The translations under genes were made by a program, and so were the position numbers. A model generated the notes under the pieces. That model was not told the DNA's origin, did not search any database, and saw nothing but the letters and a program-made list of their open reading frames with translations. 52,158 nt of DNA from Sphaeroforma arctica JP610 (Eukaryota), in the NCBI RefSeq assembly GCF_001186125.1, contig NW_014040425.1:44154-96311 (forward strand). The letters run 5' to 3'. Of this stretch, positions 29,201-44,152 are shown one piece after another (positions within the stretch are counted from its first letter, which is position 1; every line of letters begins with the position of its first letter).

Positions 29201-30303
29201 TAGTCGCACGCTGGAGATGGAATTGCTGGCCGACTACATGTACATAATCCGTGAGCTGACCCTCTTCGGGCTCGAAAAACGTCCTATGCCAATGGCACAC
29301 CTTCTAGCTACTTTATTCTTCGTGATGCTCCTGGACGCACCGCCTTTTAAAGGGTCGCCCAGGCACCTTCTCCAGCAACACAAGCACCACGCAAGGTATG
29401 GTTACAGTACATTTATACGTGAGTGCAGTATTGTTCTTGTGCGCATGTGCGACTATATCCACTTGTGTCCAAGTTCTTGCAGACCAATTTACAGCTATCT
29501 CTTAAATGAGCATCTCAGCCTCTTCACATACCATGATAGACTATCTATATTTCTATGTTCTCAGTGTTTGAAAGGCCAATAACAAGACATTTGCGAAACA
29601 GGCATACCCTAGGTTTTTAATCTGTAGTAAACTGCAACATTCTTCCTAACTTGTATGTCAAATAAAGTAGAGTATATGTCACAACTCGATCTCATATGCG
29701 AACTATATCCTTATTGCGATATCTCCTGTGGCGGTTGCTGTTTCAGCTTACAAATGACACCTCGGGGCGATGAAAGTGTGATTGGAAGTCTGCCTGGCGT
29801 ATCTGGTACTTCAGACGGCTCTTTCAGCGGTAGTATTGGGCCAGCTTCAGGAGTCGAGAGCTGGCCTCCATATCTCCAGTCTTGGGTATGCTTTAGTTTC
29901 CAGCGTGTTGGTGTATTCAGCATTACTACCGCGATGTGAGTTTGAGCATATCCATAGCAGCGGTGTTATGCTTCTATATATTGATTTTCATATTTAATTA
30001 GAGTGAAAGCCCCTGTTCTAGTCCTCATAGGTCATTTGGTGTCCTTGGGCACTTTCGTGACTTTGCGCATGCGTATTCTACCTCATTCGAATTGAATCTT
30101 TATCCTACGCGGCTGCGGTGTTCCTACTTAAAGGCATTGATCCGCTATATGTATAGTTAACTGACTAACTTTGCATCGACATCAAAATTTAGGTATTGGG
30201 GCTATCCAGATATCTCGCACACTTCCCGGGCCATCCGGAAACGCTCCAAAAACTCTCAGCTCTAAGATCCCGGTTAGCCTTGGGACCAAATCCTCCATCA
30301 TAA
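1513..30303 (+). CDS. Giant (~4,600 aa) multi-exon protein with many ASH/PapD-like Ig beta-sandwich modules (Hydin/CFAP-like architecture), uncharacterised
   Basis: Hand-traced GT-AG exons with consistent phases (approx.): 1513-1993, 3081-3191, 3713-3869, 4067-4235, 4665-4898, 5305-5476, 5625-5844, 6235-6388, 6615-6755, 7014-7298, 7676-7926, 8240-8706, 8960-9082, 9530-10172, 10371-10937, 11417-11774, 12082-14823, 15692-15925, 16085-16273, 16497-16563, 16902-17005, 17332-17437, 17667-17906, 18163-18727, 18872-19026, 19448-19603, 19831-20138, 20536-20807, 21197-21559, 21702-21790, 21992-22397, 22788-22974, 23379-23751, 24159-24462, 24636-24780, 25000-25142, 25354-25472, 25663-26220, 26652-26814, 26980-27088, 27515-27728, 28004-28266, 28480-28802, 29079-29395, 29748-29885, 30193-30303 (ends ...LGPNPPS TAA). 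Recurrent motifs such as LNFGDLIIG..YSKTISLRN, INFGHL..KTLVINN, VDFGCLVIG..SVVVTNN, IDFGDVY..IILRN and LDIGPVYAG..SFVISNN are typical of ASH-type domains. Confidence 0.8.
2164..2226. repeat. (TA)n microsatellite in intron 1 of the giant gene
   Basis: Directly visible. Confidence 0.95.
9151..9450. repeat. Intronic compound (TA)n/(TG)n microsatellite
   Basis: Directly visible, between the exons ending ~9082 and starting 9530. Confidence 0.95.
12082..14823 (+). CDS. Largest exon (~2.7 kb) of the giant gene: lysine-rich helical segment, then long S/T/G/A-rich low-complexity linkers
   Basis: Open frame matches the 879-aa ORF 12217-14856. Acceptor aaaacag|GGTCTAGAA and donor GGCCAG|gtatgt are both phase 0. 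Confidence 0.85.
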
Positions 30304-30699
30304 CTTAGTAGTTAAAGCCTCTGATTTCAGTGCCGCATGCGGAAAATAATAAAAGTCATTTTAAAAATTAGTCGTTCATCTAGCAATACACAGTGGCTTT
30401 ATTCGCTACAAATTCTAGTCTTCATTGTTGTAGTTTATAAATTCATACGCCAGGACTTTTTTTTCTTGGCAACCTTCACTTTCGTAATTTCCTACTTATT
30501 ATTTGTTGTCCGCTTCTTAATATTTTTAATAGCGTAATTCAGCTTACGCTGTGTCACATAAATCTGCCACATGCATATATCGAAATTTGAAAAACCTTAA
30601 ACTAATGTGTGTGAAAAATTGTGCATGAAATATTCTATATGTTTCTACGGCCCGCCCTACCATCAAAACCGTGCTGGTTCTGCACATAAATTTCAAATC

Positions 30700-33396
30700 A
30701 CAAGGTCAAAGAGGTAAAGTATCTGGGTATGATACTTTAGGATACCCAGATTATTCAGAAAACACACATCCTTTCAGAGTGAAGGTGGATGCGAGCCGTG
30801 AAGCGGAGGGCTGTTGCCCGGCGTAAATGCAGTTGAAAGAGGGAAAGCTGAAGGAGATCACACTAGGCTACTTTTCTAGAGCTTTCAAGAAACATGAACT
30901 TCCTTGGCACATATCAGAAAAAAAAGACCCATAGTATGGTTTGGGCTTATACCCAAGCAGCGCACCACTTTGTTCACGAAAGGAAGACAGAATGCTGGAC
31001 AGACCACAACCATACATATCAATGCACAATGAACGCCTTATATTGAGGTGCGAACTCAAACTACAGCATTATCGGATGATATTCAAGCACAAATCGGGTC
31101 AGTCCAATGTACAGGCAGACGCGCTCTCCAGGTTACAATACCTTCAGGCATTTGCACGCCCAAGGAGTGAGTAGAAGCAACTATTACACATATCAGCACG
31201 AATGTACCTCGTATCAATTGCCTCTCACGCAAGAGAATTACAACGACAGGATCCGGACCTCTCACCAACCATCGCGTATTTGAAAGATACCAAGTCACAC
31301 GCGACCTCATCGACTAAAGAACGAGCCGCACGACTCAATACTACTGCGAAAAAAATCAAGCAGTACCGCAAATCATCTAAGCGTACATACCTCGACGATG
31401 ATGAATCATTGCGTTACAATGGCAGATTCGGTCGATAGCTATACCGAAGGTTCTCAGAAATGAGCTATTGACTACCGCCCATGACATCCCTAGCGCTGGA
31501 CACCATGGCGTGGAAGGTACGTGTTATCGGTTTCCCAGGCATGTATACTGGCCTGGGGTATATGGTGACGTGAAATAACATGTGAATTCATGTCTGAAAT
31601 GTCAGCGTGTGAAAACAACTCCCAATGAACGTCGAAGAGTGCCGATGTACGACATGGAACTACCCGGACTCTTTAAAAATACCAGTGTTGATGTGCAAAG
31701 GCCGTTCCCAAAAACAGAGTGTGGCAATGAATATATTGTGGCATTTATCTGTCACTATTCGCGATGGAGCGAGGGTTTCTGCGTCAACGCTAGAACAGGG
31801 GCAACTGTTGCAAATCTATTTATTCAACGCATACTTCTCCGCTACGGTGTGATCCGTACACACGCTAACGACAGATATTCTATTTTTCTATGCGAGATCG
31901 CAAGGGCAACAGAAAAATACTTACACACGGACAAGGTATATCTTGCGTATCATCCCGACAGCAAGAGTGTGATTGAGAGTGTCTATCGCAATTCTAAAGC
32001 GATGTTTCCTAATTACGTGAATTCCAGGCACTCTGACTAGGATCTAGTATTCAGTTACATACAATATGCTTACCAGTCTCAGAAGCACGAGGACACTGGT
32101 CGATGCCCGTACCTGCTTGTATACGTGCATGAAGCCACTGAATTTGCCAAAGAAACGTTCACTGCGAATCCCAAATGTAACAAGAACACTAAGCACGCCT
32201 ATATCAAAGACACTCTTAACTTCGGGCGACAGCGACGGCGGATGTCCTTGAAAAATGACTACACGACAATCGGAAAAGAGTGCTTCCCATGCGTTCATTC
32301 AAAGTGGGCAGTATAGTGTTGATCCGGGTATTCAAGAGACCAACAGGCACGGGGCTGATGAAGAAGTGAATGTTTCGATATAAAGGTCCGTACATCGTAT
32401 CCAAAGTGATTGTCTTTACAACCTACGAGCTCGCTGATCCTATCACAAACAATATATGCATATTCACCAGAGACGTACTGAAATTGGGCTACCCACCGAT
32501 TGTGAACTACAAGTCAATTGCATTCAATGACATACCAAAACTCGCCGAATAAACCCATTGTACCCATGGCTACGATACTGCTGACGCGGATGAAGTTGAG
32601 GTCCTGGCAGTACTTGACAGACGTGTAGAAAACTCAGCAGGCGCAACACACTTCGCTTATAATGTTCCACTTCTGTAAGATTCGGTCTATTAAGGCGATA
32701 TCAACGCCTTAGAGTAAATAAACGCGTAGGTAAATTCTAAGTATCGTGAAAATATCAAAGTAAATAAACGAAATGAGACTTTTAGTAAAGTTAGGTATGC
32801 CTCGTGAAAACAGCAATACTCTGAGGGATTGTGAGGCTGAGAAATTGCCTATATATAATCCTCTCAGTAGTGTTTCCGCCGAAGGGATTTTATTTAGTGT
32901 TTCGATGTCGCTCTATTAGAAACTATGGTATGTTTCATTGGGGCGAATCTGAAAGACTCCTAAATCCTATCTTTAAAAAAGAAAAAAGAAAAATACTCTT
33001 GATGTCCCTAGTTATTGTCTTAACCAATAACTTGCCACTTATCAGGAATTACCGACTTAGCCTTCATCAGACTGGCACATCTAGTTGGCTGATCGGAGGA
33101 TCAACTAGGTAACGTTAATAGTCCCTAGAAACCTATATTCGGTTGAGCCATCTCGCTACCGAAGTATTCAGATATAAATAGATTTGGAAAGTAAATAAAG
33201 TTCTATTAATAGGACTAGACCAAATCTTATATTTGGTATTTTACTGGGGCCTTTTAATGGCCTTGTCCGAATATCTGATATGTAAAATGGAAAAGGTATT
33301 AATTAATAAAGCCGTTAAAAACCATTTAAGGAAAACTGAGTTCACGTACTTTTAAGAGTACGTTTTACGCACTATTAAGAGTACGTTTATATTACA
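30700..33396 (+). mobile_element. Degenerate, 5'-truncated Ty3/Gypsy LTR retrotransposon (RT end, RNase H, integrase, probable chromodomain, 3' LTR)
   Basis: Motifs in Gypsy order, broken by stops and frameshifts: KEVKYLG (~30708), PFRVKVDAS (~30770), HKSGQSNVQADALSR (~31090), zinc finger HDIPSAGHHG...YWPG...CLKCQRVK (31480-31615), integrase core SVDVQRPFPKTECGNEYIVAFICHYSRW, YKGPYIV (~32380), EVEVLAVLDRR (~32593). Confidence 0.9.
32830..33396 (+). repeat. Putative 3' LTR of the Gypsy element (~570 bp)
   Basis: Begins TGTGA just after a short purine tract (GAGGGA) downstream of pol and ends ATTACA. Contains TATAAATA (~33173) and AATAAA (~33194, ~33305). No partner 5' LTR lies in the window. 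Confidence 0.5.
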
Positions 33397-33439
33397 AGAT
33401 TCTAATGTGGAGGCCCGGCTTTTACAGATGTATATTGTA

Positions 33440-33862
33440 TAGAAGTCATCAGAGTTTGCTCACTCTTGAAAGCAAATCAAGTTGCTCAAATTACTCCCGA
33501 GAGTTGAGATTATACTTAACCGACTCCTGAAAGCAGATTAAGTTTCTAAACCGGTTCCCGAGAGTGGATTAAGTCTGCCAACCACAACATTCTAAAAATA
33601 GCTGCAGTTCTATGTGAGTCACAACTATGCAACATATGCGGAAAGGCATCATGTGATCAGCATGAGATTTAGTTGCAGAAAAGTTGAAATAGAATAGCAT
33701 CCAAGTGTTAAAAAATGTTCTGCAGAAGGGGTTTCCTACTGACCATATGAGATTTTACCCTGGCCAGCCCAAGTGGCTGAACACTAGCACAAACATCTTA
33801 GGTATGAAACCAAAGGTGAGGTCAAAAATAAATACATACATTTGCACTTTATTTAAAGTCTA
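33440..33862. repeat. Interspersed repeat, copy 1 (block B with TCCCGAGA subrepeats, then block A)
   Basis: 33646-33862 aligns by eye with 36496-36705 (gcatcatgtgatcagc...tactgaccatatgag...cactagcacaaaca...tttgcactttatttaaagt). 33445-33503 aligns with 36853-36908. Confidence 0.8.
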
Positions 33863-34318
33863 CTACATTTCACTCAAACAACTATCATCTAAACAACTGT
33901 TTTTTCCAGGAGAGCCCTCCGCGTAGACAGTATGGACTTACAGCAGTTATGGAATCAAATACTATTCTGAAAGGATTTTCCTTCCAAGAACTGGGAGTAG
34001 TTAGTTCTGCTTTTTAAAATACTTGTGCTAGTAGGTCATAACGATTGGAGTTATGACGTAACAGCACTAAATATTTTAGTAGATATCGAGATCCTCAAAT
34101 CTACAACCGAGCGCATTGAGAAGACATTTTAGATCAAAGCTTGGCAACCACAAAACCCAGGACTGCGCACGCAACCCAACTGCCCCATCAGCAATTTTCC
34201 CGACTCTTAGAGAAAGCAGATAAACTGGGAGCGCGTGATGCAGATGACGAAATGGAAATCAACAACACAGAACCCGTTATCAACATGTCAGAGGACGAAT
34301 AATGTTAAACCTATGTGA

Positions 34319-37300
34319 ATGACGTTTCTTAACCCACGAGGTCTCAGCATGGATACTCCGACGAAATCAGATCTGCCTAAATGTTATATCGATTTTTGGA
34401 TCAAATTGATTGTATGTGTGGTTGAAACCTGGCATAATGTGACTTTTTTAATCATGTACGATACAACCCCGCACATCCTTCACTCTGTTATATTGGGAAT
34501 ATTTTCCAAAACATCACCCATCGAAATTCCACCTCAGCTAATTATCACCATATGCGGTTTTCTTCTACTGCCTCCTGCTATATTCTACATCTTACTCAAC
34601 TCCTTAACAGAGGCAGAAGTTGAACACTACATGATTCTTCCTGAGATCGGCAACTCCCAACCAGATGTCATTTAGGGTGATTTTATTTCTAAAGTTAGAC
34701 AGTATGGTCACACATCCACGATCCATGGACTCCGCAGAAAGACGGTAGATGCCACTATTCCCGGTGCCTGGCGTACAGAGCACGAGTACTACAGGCCAAC
34801 AACCCCAGCATCACGGTATCTACAAGGACCACAAATTTGGACTCGATTTTTAGGTGGTCACAAATAAACTAGTAATCCGTCTTCGGCGAATGTCTCCGTC
34901 TCAATCACCGCCCCATCACCAAAGTCTTCTATCCCATGGCTACAACTGGTATTGCCACAGACTGCAACATTTATACGACAAGCCACGCACCCTGTTGTTT
35001 CAAGCTGAGATTCGTGAGCATCAACATCTGTTACGGATTAGAGCATATACTAAATTGAATCTGGCGCTACGCAGCGAACTCTGGCAATTTTTTTTTTTTG
35101 GAGATTCCTGCTATGACACTGACAAACCGTGGGCAAAGCCTTCTGCCGAATCACATGTTCTGCTCGTGATCTGTTGCCCAGCACAATATTCAGATTTGTA
35201 GGAATACCGGACACCGACGTTGATCACCGCGTCAACCTTTTATACTGGGTGTCCATAATTCGGGCGCTGCACTGACGGATTACTACAAAGATCTCTTCAA
35301 CTCAAATAACCCACACGTACAACCCCACCGCGGATACAGCACCAACAGCACCAACCCCTCCATTGAATGCAGTTATTCACTCGAAATAGTGTTGGAGGCA
35401 GTACTGCGCGATCCAAACAAGGACCCTGGTTTGGATGGTATCATTGTCTTTCTCCTTAAGGCCGTAGTAGAGCGTTTCACTGACCCCCAGATTTGTGACA
35501 CCCTGACTGTACCTGACAGCTGACTTATTAGCATCTTGGCTGAGATATTCCGCCCTCTTAATGCCTGGTACATTCTCTAAAGCTCTTAACTGTACTCTCT
35601 TGACAGTCCATTCGAAGAAAGCTTACACAAAAACTGCACCCCCTGCCGTTTTCCGACCGATACCCCTAACGTAGATTGTTCGTCGCATTTTTGAGAAGTA
35701 CTTCCTACACCTGACAACAAATTACCCCGGACCAACCACCCATACATCTCAATATGAGTTTAAATCACACTACTCCTGTCATACTTATGCCATTGCCGCG
35801 ATGGTTTCTGAGACTCAATCCGGGGGTACCTGGATTGACATCCCCAAAGCATGCGATAAAGTGGTCCTTCCGCGCATGTGGATGCTGTTGCACCACACTG
35901 GAATGTCAGAGAACGAGAATGTATCCACGCGGGTGACGTATCATGGGAAGCTTTCATGTCTATTTTATAGAACGAATGGCATACAATACTTTAAGGTTCG
36001 ATTGTCGGTCCACAGTTTTTTATCATCCATATGGACTCCTTGGCTATTACGCTTGCGTAATTTCGACCGAAACTCCTCCGCTTCTACCTCTTTGTAGATG
36101 ACACGTGCATACAGGCTCCGCAGTCTGTTAGGTTCCAACCCTTCCTGAACGCGATCAGTGACTGGGGTCGCCAATCCGGTCTAGAGCACATGCGGGTACC
36201 GCCTCTCCCTATCAAAGAGCATCTCATCACGCCAACGCTAGTAGGCTCCCCAAATGCGAACACTCAATAGACGACTACTTATCCCTCCCATACCCATGGC
36301 GGTGGAACTCTCTGACATCTATCCACAGCCTTCTAAATACTTAAGATTTTAACTGTCCCAGGGCATACTGGGTATCAGCTTTGTAAAACACATGGACCAC
36401 CTCGTGGCAGCATTTAACTCCAGGCTATAGTGTCCTTCCGGGGGTATGAATTTCTTAAATTCAGCTGGCGTCATCCGCGAAATCGGTTGGAAATGCATCA
36501 TGTGATCAGCGTGTTTTTTAGTTGCAAAGAAGTCGAAATAAAATAGCATCGAAGTGCTAAAGTGATATGTAGAAGGTTTTATATACTGACCATATGAGGT
36601 AGCCCAAGGGCCTGGACACTAGCACAAACACCTTAAACACCTTAGGTATAAAACCAAAGGCGAGGTTAGAAATAATACATTAATTTGCACTTTATTTAAA
36701 GTTTACCGAGAAACCCTCTTTGATTTATGATTAAACACCTTAGGTATAAAACCAAAGGCGAAGTCAGAAATAATACATTAAAACCAAAGGCGAGGTCAGA
36801 AATAATACATTAATTAAAGTTTACCGAAAAACCCTCTTTGATTTTTAAAAGGCATCAGAGATAGCTCACTCCCGAGAGCTAGTCAAGTTGCTTAAATTAC
36901 TCCCGAGAATTCAGTTAAAAATATTCAAGACATTCATTGGTCATTCTATGGTCTGGACATCATTGCATATGCTCCACCTATTTGGCATGCCGCGTTGAAG
37001 CCGCTGTGCGAGCGGTACAACTCAGTACTATTCCAAGTAGCAGCCATTATAACAGGCAGTATGCTTCCAAAACTCCCATACCAGCGCACACGGTTTCTTT
37101 CGCTTCTGCTGTTTACTGCCAGAACGACAATTTGCGGAGTACCTTGGTGGCTGCCTGAGACTACATCTTGACTCGATTAACAGTACAAACCCACTCGCCC
37201 TACTTACGAGACCCACTTGAACACGTAACAGACCTCCGGACAAATTCCCATTCAAAATCTACGCTTATCTAGAATCAAGGGGCGGGCACACACCTAAACA

Positions 37301-37754
37301 CAAAGAATGCCGTAAGCTTCGAGAGCAGATCCGACATAACACCACACGACGTCTCACAACTAAGGGGATAGCAGGCAATACTCGCCGCCAATACTACTAT
37401 CGACTTATAAGGGAAGAACATCCCATCACAGACCGGGACTAGCCCTCCCATGGTAGCTTTACCCATTGCCGTGAACACACCCCAATCCGCCTATGTGCCA
37501 TGATAGCAACCAACACGTTCGTGTTCAACTTGCTTGACTATCGTACTGGTGGATGCCTCTGTCCCGCGTGCCCCGGAGACAAGACTTTTATCTCCAGCCA
37601 CTATGCTTGTATCAGTACGTTAGTAAGGCGTATTCTGGTGGGCCCTAATCTACCGCCAATTGGACCGGACTTACTACAACAACTACAGAATCGGCATGGC
37701 TACCACGGCTTAAGGACTCTTCCACGAACATATCGGGAGCTTTCTTTTCCATGA
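34319..37754 (+). mobile_element. Degenerate non-LTR retrotransposon (LINE) ORF2: APE endonuclease, reverse transcriptase, C-terminal CCHC zinc motif
   Basis: APE motifs LNPRGL, CVVETWH, DVI*GDF (~34665), TNLDSIF and NHRPI. RT motifs PGLDGI (~35425), FRPIPLT*IVRRIFEK (~35650), IDIPKACDKV (~35835), LFVDDT (~36090) and KYL (~36337). Post-RT KIFKTFI (~36918) and C-terminal CPACPGDKTFISSHYAC (~37560). Many stops and frameshifts. An ORF1 remnant may occupy ~33950-34300. Confidence 0.85.
36494..36910. repeat. Interspersed repeat, copy 2 (block A then block B), inserted within LINE ORF2
   Basis: Homologous to 33440-33862. Contains three internal copies of taaaaccaaaggcgaggt(t/c)agaaataatacatta and two of aaagtttaccga..aaccctcttt. 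Confidence 0.8.
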
Positions 37755-38231
37755 ACAGCGGGCACCAATTTACCCCCATCCAATACTGGTCGATAGATTA
37801 ACGTTCGTTATTCCCCGTCTCATCACTCTGCTGAAGTACTATTTCCAGATTTCGGTGCAGACCAAATCTTCGAGACTTCGGGTACGGCTTATGATACTTC
37901 CCGCTATGGCTAGCCAGGATATTCCAAAAACATCAGTTGTGTGGTGTGATATCGGTCAGCCTCCAACTTGAAGCATAACTGCGGTTGACAACCTCACCTT
38001 GGTATCACATTCAAAATATCTCATACTGACTCAGTCCATATTACCACTACAAATGTGGGCCAGATTTTTTCAACGCAGTGTGGCACACAAGTTTTAGCTC
38101 CCACCCAATGGTAGAGTTATTCTGTATCTATCGTCGTGGATTAACGTACCGTATGTCGTCCATCGGCGCATCCCTCGCCCTGAGCTTCTCGCGGCAGTTC
38201 GACAATCTTAACTTCCCTACAATTTCTCTAG

Positions 38232-39393
38232 AACCACTCCAACGAATATGAAGTCTGCCGTGTATGTAGACATAAAAATTTACCCAAATTGGAATAAATA
38301 TTATTATCCCAATAGCACTATCCTACTCCAGTCCTTTTATATACACAACTCTGAAGTTGTTGTGAATAAAGGGACGAAGATACAATGGTAGGTGTCACAG
38401 CAGGTGCAATAGAGTCAATTCATATTCATCAACATCTAATTTCGGTTTGCTTGCTCTGGCTTTTGGTAATATTCTTGGCACTTTTACGATGGGGGATATA
38501 CTTTTAGGCATTCATAATAAAAATTATGTTCATTTGCTACAGGTCTTCCCAAACCCACGTTCGTGCCTGGTAAAAATAGTTGAGTTCCCGAATCATCTTT
38601 ATATATGACTAATATACGTGAGTTAAAAGTTCCTGCAATATGTAATTGGCTCATTCAAGGCTGATTAGACGTGAGTGCTGCCAATATTGAATGAGTTTCT
38701 ATAAGCATACCTCACCTTAATCCAAGAGTGAGAAAGGCCACTTCAGAGTATTTCGAATCTTTTTGCAACCAAGATACATACGATTTCATGATATGAAGTG
38801 GCAGCGAAAATATACTTCAAGAATGGCGATCATTTGCAAAATTTAGTCATGGTGTAAATAAATATAGCCTCCATTTATATGGAATAAAGAACCGCGATTT
38901 TCCTCTCGCGTGAAATTATACGTTTGGTGTGTTGTTGGCAGTCGAGAATACGATGAACAATAGTTTCTACGAGGTTCATAATCTTACAATTGGTCTGGAA
39001 ATAGCAGAAAAGCAAACATTATCACAGATAAAGGTTTTTCATGCTGAAAAAAATTGCATGAATGTGTACATTTAGGGCGTATACTCACAGACACTCAAAC
39101 AAGTTATAAAATCAGCGATATCGGAGGGGGAATTCGCCATTTTTTTTGCGGCGTAGTAGACAATTTACATTTCATGATAATTTTCTTGTTTAACGTTAGC
39201 TGTCTTGTACTTGAATAGTGGTCTTGTACTTGAATAGTGTAGTAGGTGTTCAGTATATTTGGTATGTTCGAAAGCAGTAGGAAATATAGTGTTATTGGGA
39301 ATGGGAGAATAATTTAGACCATAATTTCGTTGGGCCTTTTTATCATGAATAAGAATAAAACAGTATTACGTGAATATATTCGTGAAATTGACC
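38232..39393. mobile_element. Putative decayed Mutator-like (MULE) DNA transposon derivative with long diverged terminal inverted repeats
   Basis: The reverse complement of 39276-39393 (ggtcaatttcACGAATAT...ATAAAAA...TCCCAATAaCACTAT...CCTACT) is collinear with 38232-38327 (ACGAATAT...ATAAAAA...TCCCAATAgCACTAT.CCTACT). A broken minus-strand frame lies inside. Confidence 0.45.
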
Positions 39394-39728
39394 TACTCTA
39401 CCGCATTTGCTAGAGCAGTGTTTGGTTACGAGGCTAGTGCAACATGACTCCCTAAATCACTTCTTAAATTTGAGGGTCAGCAAAATGTCACTTATGTAGA
39501 CGATACCCAACGTTAAATAGTCGCGTGAATTCAAAAACAAACCCCTCCAGTGGAAACGTTTTTATGGATGACGCGCACAAAAAACTATTACATATTGCCG
39601 AGAGAGAAATTGCAAGGCAACATCTCCAACGCCATGGAGATACCATCTTTATTTTACAGGTATTCGTCTATTTTAAAGGTCCCCGGATTTCAATTTGTGC
39701 GACCATAGCTCGAGAGTGGCGGCGTCAA

Positions 39729-44152
<4,424 letters not shown>

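Noticed and set aside
1513..30303. Non-canonical splicing or stop-codon recoding in the giant gene; many short antisense ORFs
   Set aside because: All junctions could be joined with GT-AG in phase without internal stops. The minus-strand ORFs overlap real exons and lack motifs.
32831..33112. 93-aa AT-rich ORF considered as an organellar or viral insert
   Set aside because: No recognisable motifs; better explained as LTR sequence.
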